Below are positions 11,140-25,711 of a stretch of DNA of 64,000 bases, piece by piece. The notes under the pieces are model-generated. The model worked only from the letters and a program-made list of their open reading frames with translations, ran no database searches and was not told the origin of the DNA. Positions within the stretch are counted from its first letter, which is position 1; each line of letters opens with the position of its first letter. Position numbers and translations under genes: made by a program. This DNA comes from Octopus sinensis (lineage: Eukaryota), in contig NC_042998.1 of NCBI RefSeq assembly GCF_006345805.1, forward strand, positions 194,990,001 through 195,054,000, given 5' to 3'.

Positions 11140-14100
11140 AGAGATAGAGAGATAGGTAAGTAGATGGAGAGAGAGAAAGAGGAGTGAGATATAGAGGTGA
11201 GAAGTAGAAGGGGAGAAAGAACTGAATGAGAGAGTTGTGCGAGGTAAGGGAGGTAAGTAAAAAGTAAGCAACCATAAAAAATTTGTACTGAATTTGTGTA
11301 GAGTTTTGAATCTTTTTTAAACAATTTTTTGGAATTGTCTGATAATACAGACATAGACTTGCCCAAATGCATCAGTAAATTAACATTGATTTTTTTTTTT
11401 CACTGTTGTTACAATCATCTGAAATGGAATTGTCAAAGTGTGATATTCAAGCAATTTTGCTATTCAACTTCAAAAAAGGACGTAAAGCAGCTGAAACTGC
11501 TCATGATATCAATGAAATGTTTGGTGAGTGGTTAGCTCGAAAATGGTTTAATTGATTTTGCAGTGGAGACCTGAGTCTTGAAGATCATGAGTGGATGCCC
11601 ATCTGTCATCAATGATGGTCTTTAATTGACCATCATTGAGAAAGATCCATGTAAAACCACTCGAGAACTGGCAAAAGGACTTCAAGTTAGCCTGAAAACT
11701 GCCTGCAATCATTTGCATAAGATCGAAAAATCAAATAAGCTTGAAAAATGGGTACCACACAGTTTGAATGGAAATCAGAGAATGTGCAAATAGGAAATTT
11801 TCTCATCACTTCTCTATAACCAAACTGATCCATTTCTCGGCTGTATTGTAACTTGTGATAAAAAGTAGATTCTGTAGGCGCAGGAGTGGCTGTGTGGTAA
11901 GTAGCTTGCTTACGGACCACATGGTTCCGGGTTCAGTCCCACTGCGTGACATCTTGGGCAAGTGTCTTCTGCTATAGCCCTGGACCGACCAATGCCTTGT
12001 GAGTGGATTTGGTAGACGGAAACTGAAAGAAGCTTGTCGTATATATGCATATATGTGTGTGTGTGTGTGTGTGTGTGTTTGTGTCTGTGTTTGTCCCCCT
12101 AGCATTGCTTGACAACCGATGCTGGTGTGTTTACGTCCCTGTAACTTAGCGGTTCGGCAAAAGAGACCAATAGAATAAGTACTGGGTTTACAAAGAATAA
12201 GTCCCGGGGTCGATTTGCTCGACTAAAGGCGGTGCTCCAGCATGGCCGCAGTCAAATGACTGAAACAAGTAAAAGAGTAAAGAGAGATTACAGTAATAAA
12301 AAACGTTCTGTCTCTCTCTTTCTCTATCATTGCATATGTTATGTATTGTCGAAATTTTTATCATAGTTATGTTTGTCATTGGGATATATATTGCAAAGGA
12401 AAAATGAAAATACAGATTTGTTTTTTGTTTCAACCCTTGTCTGAAGGATGTTGGAAAATACTGAAATACAGCTTAAAGAAAGGTCTAAAGAGAATAACTG
12501 ATAATTATTTTTATGATTAGTCTGAGGTTTGGATTACTCAAGACCTGTGATACTCAACCAGGGTCCATATGGCCCCTGAGAGTCCATATAGCCCCCGAGA
12601 GTCTATATGGCCCCCGAGAGTCCATATGGCGCCCGAGAGTCCATATGGCGCTCGAGAGTCCAAATAGCCCCTGAGAGTCCATATGGCCCCTGAAAGTCCA
12701 TAAGGCCCCCGAGAGTCCATATGGGCCCCCGAGAGTCCATATGGCCCCTGAGAATCCATATGGCCCCTGAGAGTCCATATGGCTCCTGAGAGTTCATATG
12801 GCCCCCAAGAGTCCATATGGCCCCCGAGAATCCATATGGCCCCCGAGAGTCCATATGGCCCCTGAGAGTCCATATGGCCCCCGAGAATCCATATGGCCCT
12901 CGAGAGTCCATATGGCCCCCGAGAGTCCATATGGTCCCCGAGAGCCCATATGGCCCCCGAGAGTCCATATGGTCCCCGAGAATCCATATGGCCCCTGAGA
13001 GTCCATATGGCCCCCGAGAGTCCATATGGCGCCTGAGAGTCCATATGGCCCCTGAGAATCCATATGGCCCCTGAGAATCCATATGGCCCCCAAGAGTCCA
13101 TATGGCCCCCGAGAGTCCATATGGCCCCCGAGAGTCCATATGGCCCCTGAGAATCCATATGGCCCCTGAGAGTCCATATAAGGTTTTTGGGGTTCATGCA
13201 ACAAAACAAAAAATTAGGGATCCATAATAGTATTTTAAAGGCCCCTGAATAAATTTTGTTTTAGAAGTATGTACTGGTATGCATTACATGAAACAGCTAG
13301 GTTTCTCTTGCTAACATTTTACATAGTTCATCCTAAAACAAAATAAAGTGTGAAAAACAAAATAGGAATCTTTGAAGAAGTTTCTATAAAACTAGTTTTT
13401 AAACATCAAATGGCTATGGGTGAGTGGGGGGGGAGCAACCAGAATAAATTAGTAATCAAAGGGGTCCATAGGTAAAAAATGGTTGAGAACCCCTGCTGTA
13501 GACATTTCTTCAATTGATCCTCCACCATATATATGGACAACAAAATATTTTTTTAGCAGTTGTTTTGTGGAATGTAAACAAGATTGCAAATGAGAGATAT
13601 CAGTCAAATGAAGAACCTAATTAACAGGTATTATTGTCAGGATAAAGGTGGCGAGCTAGCAGAGTCGTTAGCATGCCAGGTGAAATGCTTAGCAGTATTT
13701 CGTCTGCCGCTACGTTCTGAGTTCAAATTCCGCCGAGGTCGACTTTGCCTTTCATCCTTTCGGGGTCGATTAAATAAGTACCAGTTATGCACTGGGGTCG
13801 ATATAATCGACTTAATCCGTTTGTCTGTCCTTGTTTGCCCTCTCTGTGTTTAGCCCCTTGTGGGTAGTAAAGAAATAGGTATTTCGTCTGTCATTACGTT
13901 CTGAGTTCAAATTCCACCGTGGTCGACTTTGCCTTTCATCCTTTCGGGGTCGATTAAATAAGTACCAGTTATGCACTGGGGTCGATGTAATCGACTTAAT
14001 CCGTTTGTCTGTCCTTGTTTGCCCCCTCTGTGTTTAGCCCCTTGTGGGTAGTAAAGAAATAGGTATTATTGTCAGGATAGTAGCACAAAAGGAACTAAAA

Positions 14101-17100
14101 ACTCAGTCTTTATTTACATTTTTTTGCTTTAGGTACCACTGTATACAAATTAGAAGGAGTGGACCCTGAAGGACGAACAGTGAAATACTCAATAAGTGCA
14201 AGTGTCTTTACTGTTGATACATACAGTGGTGACGTTACTCTTGTAAGGAATATTGATTACGAGGTAAGAGTGGTCATTTGTAACACAAACGCTACCTATT
14301 CCCCTACTAATGTATCTTATATTTATTTCCCCATATAAAAAAAGAGTGAGATAGTTTGAAGTCGTGTGTGGGGAAATGAAAAGAGGTTCATCTACCTTCC
14401 TCTTGTTGACACCTGTCTAGCAGTAATCTCTCTGATGATCCTGCCCTACCCTGACACATAGTATGAGCAGCTGCTATATGACCAAACCTGGCAGCGAATT
14501 CGCTAATGTCCATCCACATGCCTCCAATGGGCCACAGAGGCCGACATTTGCCTCTCTACCCCCCCACGTCCCCTCTCGAGCTTCCTCTTCCGGTCAGCCC
14601 CTTGACCATTGACATCACAACCCGCTTCTTCCAGCTCATCCCCACATGCCCTCATGATCTCAAAGATCACCTCCTCACTTCATACCGTGTCAAAATCTGC
14701 CAACCACCCTTGCATGTTGTGATCTTAAGCTTGGAACCTCATTCTCTTCCTCTTCTCCACAATCATCATCCGACAAAGCGATAATCCTACAAACATCTAA
14801 GATGCGACATGGCATTCCATTCAGAGAAATGTTGTTTTTGGAATTCATAGCCATCACTATTCCTCTGTACCATTAAGTTGTGCACTGTGCATTTGTCAGC
14901 TTGACCCAGACTTCATCTCCCATCTCCACAAAGACAAGCGCTCTCTCTTCCACAGGGCATTCCGATGGTTTACTTGGATGCTGCCATTCATATTTGAATA
15001 TTGCTCTATGTGGCATGGACTTTTCAGCCTGTCCTGATTGGGGTGGAATGTTGTACCAGAATACTGTTTCCAGCAGTGAGATGTGTCCCCTCTCTGCCAC
15101 GGCCTTGATCGCTCAATGATGCCTTTGTACGATCTCGTTTCCACTCAGCCTGTATGTTGCTCTGCAAAAGCAGTTCACTTTCCATCTGTCAAGCATCTCC
15201 TTCAGTGCCTCCAAATGAAACACTGTTCTGTTGTCCATCAGTAATTCGTCCACAGGGCCCCGCTCTAAGAATTTTGATGGAGTGCAGCCCCCATTTCAAG
15301 GCCAAATTCACTCCCTTCAGCACTGAAATCCAATGCAAGGATAGCAGCAATATGGAGATAGTGGTGTGAGGCACAACACTAAGGATTGATGTGGTAATGG
15401 GAATGGATGTGATCAACCACCTTGGAGGAGACGTGGTTTTGTTAGGTTGCATGGGGGCATCATGCGGTGTGAGTTAGGAATGTGAGAGGGAGCAGAGCAC
15501 TGCAAGGGGCTGCACTGTCTACACCATTGAAGACAAGGCTTTTCGGGTGGTGTTCGATGGTCAGCACTGCGTCCAACTCTGTGACATTGGTGTGGTTGTA
15601 GTTGTCTGCTTTTTGAAGCTAGGCTGTGTCCTCCACTTTGGCACCTCCAATTTCCAACACAACTCCTATTGCAATGCTGCTAGCATCACACCATACAGTC
15701 TCGTTATCTGATTTAGGCACATACCAGTTCCCTCTGACTGGATCTTCCGCTCTTGTCCGGTCTAGGATTTCCTGCATCATCATCATCACTGTCTCCTCTC
15801 CCACCTTGTCACCTCAGTTCTCCCCTTCTTCTCATCTCTTGGTGTAACTGCATGCCTTATGCAGCCACCCCACGATTGGGTAGTGACCTACTAATTTCCC
15901 AAACATCGAGAACAGTTCTCTTCTGCAGACGTTGGTAGCAAGCTCTTGGGATCTCATTCTGCATCAGAAACCCTAACATGCATATTCTATCTTGTTGAAG
16001 CTTCAGCCCCATGGCAGCTCCTCCAGCCATTGGCTCTGGTGGGTCTGCAATCAGCCCAAATTTCTTCAGATGTGTCACAACCTCTGTGGCAGGCACTACA
16101 GTCTTGTCCACTAAGATGTCATCTATATAGGAATTAAGGCGGCGAGCTGGCAGACACGTTAGTGCACCGAGCGGAATGCTTAGTGGTATTTTGTCTGTCG
16201 TTACGTTCTGAGTTCAAATTCCGCCGAGGTCGACTTTGCCTTTCATCCTTTTGGGGTCGATAAATAAAAGTGCCAGTTTCGCACTGGGGTCGATGTAATC
16301 GACTTAATCCCTTTGTCTGTCCTTGTTTGCCCTCTCTATGTTTAGCCCCTTGTGGGCAGTAAAGAAATATATATAGGAATTTGTGGCCCTTCTTATCCTA
16401 TTCACCTTTCCCAGGATAGATTTGTGCACTGTCCCCATGATTTTCAACACAGAATTCAACTCGAAACCCAGCCTTGTCATACAATATGTCTGGCCCTTGT
16501 ATCACACCAACTGCTACTGCCAAAGTTTGTTGTTGACATGGAGCTGCAAATATGCTGACTTCAAGTCAAAAATTGGTGCTGGTTTAGTCGACTGTCTCCA
16601 TACGCGCCTTGTCTCACCACAGACATCAGTCACCTTGCTACCTGTGTGGGATGATACATGGCCATTCATCTCCCGAAAGTCCAGCACCAGTCTCACTTTA
16701 ACCCTTTGTTGGCTGTACCACTGCCATTAGAAGTAGCACCCTGCTCACCACCTCCTCCTTCCATGGGATAAGGACACTTTCCTTAATCCACCTCTCTACC
16801 TCTTCTTCAAATTCACTCCTGGCATGATCTTTCAGGGTATGCTGGTAGCAGCTCACCCTGTTCTTCAGCTTTGGGGGCTCCTCTTTCCAGCACTACACTA
16901 TTGTCCACCGCTGACCATCGAACACCACCCGAAAAGCCTTGTCTTCAGTGGTGTAGACAGTGCAGCCCCTTGCAGTGCTCTGCTCCCTCTCACGTTCCTA
17001 ACTCACAGCGCATGATGCCCCCATGCAACCTAACAAAACCATGTCTCCTCCAAGATGGCTGATCACTTCCATTCCCATTACCACATCAATCCTGTCTACC

Positions 17101-17957
17101 ACATGGTTAATGTGATCGCCCACAACCTTAGTGTTGTGCCTCACACCCCTATCTCCATATTGCTGCTATCCTTGTATTCGATTTCAATGCCATTGACCAC
17201 CCAAACACTACTCGTTCCCTTCCATGTCTTTGTCACCCTTGCGGTCATGGGAGACGTCGTTCAGCCCATATCCACGAGAGCCTTGAACGTCTTTCCCCCA
17301 TCCATGACCTCAACTATGGGCAGCGGCCGCACAAGTGCCTCTACTTGTTTCTAGGGGAAGTTTGAGAACTTTACGCAGGTTCTACAAGAACCTGCGTAAA
17401 GCTATGTGGACTGTATCACCTCTTTCTTACTATTTCAGTAGTTTGAAATTTTTCTTCAACTATAGGTGCAGGAGTGGCTGTGTGGTAAGTAGCTTGCTAA
17501 CCAACCACATGGTTGCAGGTTCAGTCCCACTGTGTGGCATCTTGGGCAAGTGTCTTCTGCTATAGCCCCGGGCCGACCAATGCCTTGTGAGTGGATTTGG
17601 TAGACGGAAACTGAAAGAAGCATGTCATATATATGTATATATATATATATGTGTGTGTGTTTGTGTGTTTGTGTGTTTGTGTGTCTGTGTTTGTCCCCCT
17701 AGCATTGCTCGACAACCGATGCTGGTGTGTTTACGTCCCCGTCACTTAGCGGTTCGGCAAAAGAGACCGATAGAATAAGTACTGGGCTTACAAAGAATAA
17801 GTCCCGGGGTCGATTTGCTCGACTAAAAGGCGGTGCTCTAGCATGGCCACAGTCAAATGACTGAAACAAGTAAAAGAATAAAATAATAAAGAATAAAAGA
17901 ATAAAAGAATAAAAGAATACGACTTCATTATTGCGTTTGTACATTTGTGTGTGTGTG

Positions 17958-17994
<37 letters not shown>

Positions 17995-18409
17995 ATAAGA
18001 AATATGTATTTTCAATTCAGTTTTGCCCCATTTCTTCTAAACTTGGCTTTGTTTACGAAAAAATATTTCAGTTTTATCAATTCTAAATGTGCATCACTCC
18101 ACCCCTACAACCTTCCAGCAGAAAATAATAAAGGCAATAAATAAATAATATAAGAAATAAAAGAAAAAGGAAAATCCCTGAAAAAGTTGAATAATTAAAA
18201 AAAAAATTTGTACTGTCTAAAATCTTGTTTTAATATATTGTTTTTCTATTGTACCAGAACGCTAAAACTATTCGTGTCACAGTCACCATTTCTGATGGTC
18301 TAAATGAGGTATGTAGTCAATTTTTCATTTAGAAAATATAATATAAATTTTGAGATATTTGTGACATCTGTAACTTATGACTTGTATCTTATGACTTGTA
18401 TCTTTGTTA

Positions 18410-18440
<31 letters not shown>

Positions 18441-18609
18441 TCTTTATTTAAAGCAGCAGAAAATTCAACAAAACTTGTTAATCTGAGTTTCATGAATGGC
18501 AACGGGAACAGGTTTTGTTGAATTTTCTGCTGCTTTAAATAAAGCATATTACTCTACCACTGGTATTTGAGTACTCTTTTTTCCACCTTGTTTCACATTT
18601 ATGTGTTTA

Positions 18610-18667
<58 letters not shown>

Positions 18668-18890
18668 CGGCGAGCTGGTAGAAATGTTAGCACGCCGGGC
18701 GAAATTCGTAGCCGTATTTCGTCTGTCGTTACGTTCCGAGTTCAAATTCCGCCGAGGTCGACTTTGCCTTTCATCTTTCGGGGTCGATAAATTAAGTACC
18801 AGTTACGCACTGGGGTCGATGTAGTCGACTTAATCCCTTTGTCTGTCCTTGTTTGTCCTCTCTGTGTTTAGCCCCTTGTGGGTAGTAAAG

Positions 18891-18926
<36 letters not shown>

Positions 18927-18996
18927 TCATCATCATCATCATTCATGAAACTCAGAGTAACAGGTTTTGTTGAATTTTCTGCTGCTTTAAATAAAG

Positions 18997-19028
<32 letters not shown>

Positions 19029-19168
19029 CATCATCATCATCATCATCATCATTCAGCGTCCGTTTTCCATGCTAGCATGGGTTGGACGGCTGCACCAGGC
19101 CCAGTCTGATCTGGCAGGGCCTGGTGGATCAGACTGATATATATATATATATATATACACACACATAA

Positions 19169-19210
<42 letters not shown>

Positions 19211-19694
19211 CCCTTTGTTATTATTGATAATAGAATTTTCTCCCTGAGAACAAACTGCAGATTTTTTTCCTGTAGTAGCTTACTTGAAGACACACGCGGA
19301 CGGGCGGGTGAAGCTAAGCGAACCTCATTCATATTTTGAATTCGGCTGTGCTAACATTGAACATGAGCGGTCTAATGCCGTTAGGTGGAAAGATTTGTTC
19401 AACTATTCTAGTACCTTCGAATTATCGTGGAAAGCCATGCTGATGAAGAATATGGTTAGTAAAGTATAATTTTATATTCTTTATGCAAAACCTAATTCAG
19501 AAACGCGCGTCCATGGACGACCAGATACTGATTGATTTTCATTGCTTTACTCTCTGCCTGTGTGAATAACCTTCAAGTATTTTGGTTTCTCTGGAAGACC
19601 CTTTTTAAAGTAGAAGAAATAGCTAAGATTTTTGGCTGCTATTTCTAAACTTCGGTGTGTGGTGAAGCAAATCTTTGCTGAACCCTTTTATTAG

Positions 19695-19730
<36 letters not shown>

Positions 19731-19832
19731 ATATATATATACATGTATATATATATATATGTATATATCTTATATACCATTATATACATATATACATTAT
19801 ATACCATTATATACATATATATATATATATGT

Positions 19833-19895
<63 letters not shown>

Positions 19896-20729
19896 ATATA
19901 TATTACATGTATATATATATATATCATCATCATCATCATCATCATTTAGCGTCCGTTTTCCATGCTAGCATGGGTTGGACGGTTCTACGGGGTCTGTGAA
20001 GCCAGAAGGCTTCATCAGGCCCAGTCAAATCTGGCAGTGTTTCTACGGCTGGATGCCCTTCCTAACGCCAACCACTCCGTGAGTGTAGTGGTGCTTTTTT
20101 ACGTGCCACCCGCACTGGTGCCAGACAGAGCTGGCAACGGCCACGAACGGATGGTGCTTTTTATGTGCCACCGGCACGAGGGCCAGGCGAGGCTGGCAAC
20201 GGACACGAAACGGGGCGGTGCTGGCAACGGTCGCGAAACGGAAAGTTCTCTTACAATGCCACCGGCACTGGTAACACATCATGCAATTTCCATTGATCGA
20301 TTTCGATTCTGATCCTCACTTGCCTCAACACGTCTTCACAAGTAGAGTTTTGTGTCCCAAGAAGGGAAGGTATGCATACGTAGGCTGGCTCCATCCCATG
20401 TAGAAGGCCACGGTTGTGTGGACTCACTTGTCTGCCGGGTCTTCTCGCGCACAGCACACTTCCAGAGGTCTCGGTCTCTAGTCATTTCCTCAGTGAGACC
20501 TAAAGTTCGAAGGTCGTGCTTCACCACCTCGTCCCAGGTTTTTCCTGGGTCTGCCTCTTCCACAGGTTCCCTCAACCGCTAGGGTGTGGCCTTTTTCACA
20601 CAACTATATATATATATATTATTATATATATAACATGTATATTATATATGTATATATCTTATATATACCATTATATACATATATACATTATATACCATTA
20701 TATACATATATATATATATATTATATACA

Positions 20730-20768
<39 letters not shown>

Positions 20769-20994
20769 GCGAGAAAGAAGCCACAAGAATGGATAGGTTT
20801 TTAGTACAATCGTTTCATACAAGGACAGGAAACGATTGTACTAAAAACCTATCCATTCTTGTTGCTTCTTTCTCGCTTATAATCACCCCACATTACTGTA
20901 TTGTTAAAACAGTATAGTTTGTTTTTGGTGCATCTAAGTTAGGTACCATATTCAAGTAAATTCATTTAAATTAACTTGAATCTTTATTGCTTTT

Positions 20995-21035
<41 letters not shown>

Positions 21036-21124
21036 ATATATAATTATGTATATATCTTATATATACCATTATATACATTATATACATTATATACCATTAT
21101 ATACATATATATATATGTATATAT

Positions 21125-21158
<34 letters not shown>

Positions 21159-21176
21159 AGAATATATATATATATA

Positions 21177-21223
<47 letters not shown>

Positions 21224-24200
21224 CATGTATATATATATATATGTATATATCTTATATATACCATTATATACCATTATATACCATTATATACCTTGTGATG
21301 TTATTGTTCGTATGACTTTCTCCTATTATTATTCTAATTCAGGTGCCCCGTAATGTCATAGTCAGCATAAAAGACACCAATGATGTAATCCCAAGTTTTT
21401 CCAATGAAACATATTTTGTAAATGTTCCAGAAGTAAGTGATTTTATTGTATAGTAGTGTGCTTTTGATCTTGTGGTAACACAGTGGTAGCTAGTGGTAAC
21501 ACAGTGGTAATTTTATCACATAATGGTGATGTATTATGAAAGTTTATTAGTAGTGTTGCGGTGGAGGTGATATAGCATCAGTGCAGTGGTGGTATAAGGA
21601 TATAATGATTGTGTAGTAATGATGCAGTGGTGATAGAGTACTGGGGTACTTTAATATTGACATTGTAGTTTTTAGTGACAGAAGACAAACCAATGTAGGA
21701 TAACTGAAAGAACATACTGACCAATGAAGTTTCTTTTGAAAGAGAGAAAACTATTGACAAAATTGTGCTTACATGGAAGAGGCTTTGTAGTTTGCAATGG
21801 TCTGGACGACAGGCTGCATGAATTACCTACTGGCTTTGGTGAAAGACTGATAGCTTTCCATTTCCATAGGCGCAGGAGTGGCTGTGTGGTAAGTAGCTTG
21901 CTAACCAACCACATGGTTGTGGGTTCAGTCCCACTGCGTGGCATCTTGGGCAAGTATCTTCTGCTATAGCCCCAGGCTGACCAATGCCTTGTGAGTGGAC
22001 TTGGTAGATGGAAACTGAAAAAAGCCTGTCGTATATATGTATATATATATGTGTGTGTGTTTGTGTGTCTGTGTTTGTCCCCCTGGCATTGCTTGACAAC
22101 CGATGCTGGTGTGTTTACGTCCCTGTCACTTAGCTGTTTGGCAAAAAGAGACTGATAGAATAAGTACTGGGCTTACAAAGAATAAGTCCCGGGGTCGATT
22201 TGCTCAACTAAAAGGCGGTGCTCCAGCATGGCTGCAGTCAAATGACTGAAACAAGTAAAAGAGTAAACGAGTAAAAGAGAGCTTTCCATTTAAAAATTGC
22301 TGGCTCTAACAGACACATGGCATCACTGTGTATAAGCCCAGACTTGATATAGACACAGAAGTTAAAAAGAAATTTGATACTATCCTAAATGGTGCCCTAC
22401 CTAGGATACCAAAACAAAGCAAAGTCATCTTGATGGGCAACCTCAATGCCAGAGTTTGGAAAAGAAGGTATTGGATAAGTAAACTCAAATGGCAGTCTAC
22501 TCCTAACTAAATGTGGAGAGCACAACTAAATGATCATCAACTCTCTAATTCAAAGCAAAAATAGATGTAAGGGCTTTTAGCAGCATCTGTCACCAAAGTA
22601 GCATTATATGATTCAGTATGTTTCAATAAGGCCCAGCAATCATAAGGTTGTGTACTTAAAAGTACTGTGCAATCATATAATGTTGTGTGCCTATCGATAC
22701 AGTCAAAGGCGGAGCAATTTCAGCAGAGTCGAGATGATAAATTGTCCTCATCAGCCTGGAATATTGCAACACGATTGAAAATATTATGTGCTCTAAAGGC
22801 AGGCATCTTTGTAACTTGTCAGAAATCCTTGGGAATCATAGCCAGGAAAAAAAAAAAATTTAAGATGATGAGGATGTTCAAATTAAGCAGCTGATCATCA
22901 AAAAGAGAGCAACTATCCATGCCTACCTAAAGTGATAAGAATAAGGAGTTCAAGAAGAAAACTTGCTTGTAAGCAAAGGCTGCAGTCTAGAAACAAAAAC
23001 ATGCAATGAAAATATATTGGGAGCAAGCTAAAACACATGAAATCCGGAACCTTGATATCATGTATGATATGAGAGATTTATCAGTGTAACTGAATTTAAG
23101 GTCCTTGTACAATAGACCCGACACTCCTTAGATCTAAATATACTGCAAAACTTGCAAATGTCAACAGCTGATAGAAAATTTCAAAGATTTACTTAATGGT
23201 CACATAGGCACAGGAGTGGCTGTGTGGTAAGTAGCTTGCTAACCAACCACATGGTTCCGGGTTCAGTCCCACTGCGTGGCATCTTGGGCAAGTGTCTTCT
23301 GCTATAGCCCCGGGCCGACCAATGCCTTGTGAGTGGATTTGGTAGACGGAAACTGAAAGAAGCCTGTCGTATATATGTATATATATATGTGTGTGTGTAT
23401 GTCTGTGTTTGTCCCCCTAGCATTGCTTGACAACCGATGCTGGTGTGTTTACGTCCCCGTCACTTAGCGGTTCGGCAAAAGAGACCGATAGAATAAGTAC
23501 TGGGCTTACAACGAATAAGTCCCGGGGTCGATTTGCTCGACTAAAGGCAGTGCTCCAGCATGGCCACAGTCAAATGACTGAAACAAGTAAAAGAATAAAG
23601 AATAAAAGAATAAAGGCCAGTGTTGAATAAATTAGCTGCACCACCCAACATTACAGAAACCAAAACAGCCATCCATTAACTAAATTACAACAGTACATTC
23701 CATGCACTGCTTCTGGTTATGAGGTAAAGACTAACTGACATCAATCAGAGATGCAACCATTATTGCCTTCTTGAATGAAGGAAACAAATCAGATTGTGGT
23801 AACTACAGAATTCTGGCTGGAGTTCTTCTCGTCTGACTCATTCTACCATTGGTGACTCATCTATCTGAATTTTGATCTCATTTTTATCCTTCTAGAGGCA
23901 CTATTGATAAGCTCTTTTGTGCTTGCCAGCTACAGGAGAAATGCCTATTTCTTTACTACCCACAAGGGGCTAAACACAGAGAGAACAAACAAGGACAGAC
24001 AAATGGATTAAGTCGATTACATTGAACCCAGTGCGTAACTGGTACTTAATTTATCGACCCCGAAAGGATGAAAGGCAAAGTCGACCTCGGCGGAATTTGA
24101 ACTCAGAACGTAACGGCAGACGAAATACCTATTTCTTTACTACCCAAAAGAGGCTAAACACAGAGAGAACAAACAAGGACAGACAAATGGATTAAGTCGA

Positions 24201-25663
24201 TTACATCGACCCCAGTGCGTAACTGGTACTTAATTTATCGACCCTGAAAGGATGAAAGGCAAAGTCGACCTCGGCGGAATTTGAACTCAGAACGTAACGG
24301 CAGACGAAATACCTATTTCTTTACTACCCAAAAGGGGCTAAACACAGAGAGAACAAACAAGGACAGACAAAAGGATTAAGTCGATTACATCGACCCCAGT
24401 GCGTAACTGGTACTTAATTTATCGACCCTGAAAGGATGAAAGGCAAAGTCGACCTCGGCGGAATTTGAACTCAGAATGTAACAGCAGATGAAATATGGCT
24501 ACGGCATGCTAACATTTCTGCCAGCTCACTGCCTTTAGCTGCACAAGGTATTGTGCATGGATTTCTTTAACCATAAATTGTTTCTTTAATTCTTGTAGTA
24601 AAAACAAACCAGAAGGGAAACAACACAATGTCTCTGAATCATTACTTTCCTTTTCATATATATTCTTCCTTTGCCACTAATATATTTCACATTGAACTCA
24701 CATGAAATCTGTACACATGAAATCTGTACACACTCAGATAGAATGGCAGATTCTTCATCCAATACTTGAACTCCTATTGGGGGTGCATGGCCTAGTGGTT
24801 GGGGTGTTGCATTCACAATTGTGAGACAGTGGTTTCAATTCCTGGACTAGGTGGTGTCTTGTGCTCTTGAATGAAACACTTCATCTCACATTACTTTGTG
24901 ATCATTTTCACTTTGACATCTGACATGTGATACACCACACACCTCTCCAGGCAACATCGATTTGATGGAAAATGTGAGTTAATGTACAGAACATACACTC
25001 TAAACAAATCATTTATTCGGCAAGAAATTGCAGAACTGTCTTTCTAGTACTATGAGAGACTATCATCATTCTCATCCTATTGAATAATTGTGAATATATT
25101 TACATGAAACCTATGGTATCCAACCACTGAGTTCATTTAAAAGAACACATACACACACACACACACACATGCTTCTGTATGTTTGATCCAATGAGAGAAC
25201 CTGTAAGAGATTGCTCAGCCTGCTAGAAATAGTAAGCCAATTTTCCTTCACACTCCAACCTACTATTTAAAGAATAAAAGGAAAGATGCATTGGATGATG
25301 TAGCAATAAATGCATTGTATCTATGTATAAAAACGGAATGTTCTTAGCCAGAATGTTTTGATTGCAGGTTTAATGGATCAGGGTTCATCTGGGGACAAAA
25401 GAAACTACTCCAACAATATTTCATCCATTTTCTTCCTCTTCTCTGATACTACTTGTTTTCTCTCACCACAGAATACTCCTGTTAACCAGATCGTTCTGAA
25501 GGACATCGAAGTAAGAGATGCAGATGGAGTTAACTCTCTCATCAGTGTTACATGCAATCCCGGAACAGCGGTGAGAACTCATTGTATTGTATTTCTTTCC
25601 TTTCTATTTCAGCTCTCATCTATGTCAAGTGATGATGGAGATATAAATTACACACACACACAC

Positions 25664-25711
<48 letters not shown>

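Noticed and set aside
12538-13209. Repetitive 19-aa ORFs; CRISPR-like appearance
   Set aside because: Contiguous 19-bp tandem units with no unique spacers; eukaryotic context.
14279-14410. Possible 3' LTR of the Gypsy remnant (TGTCAAC..TGTTACA on minus) just after e2
   Set aside because: No second LTR, no clear polypurine tract or TSD.
19690-21292. Four similar CATTATATACCATT-containing (TA)-derived blocks around the RTE insertion
   Set aside because: Consistent with local microsatellite slippage or duplication; may also be assembly-unstable.
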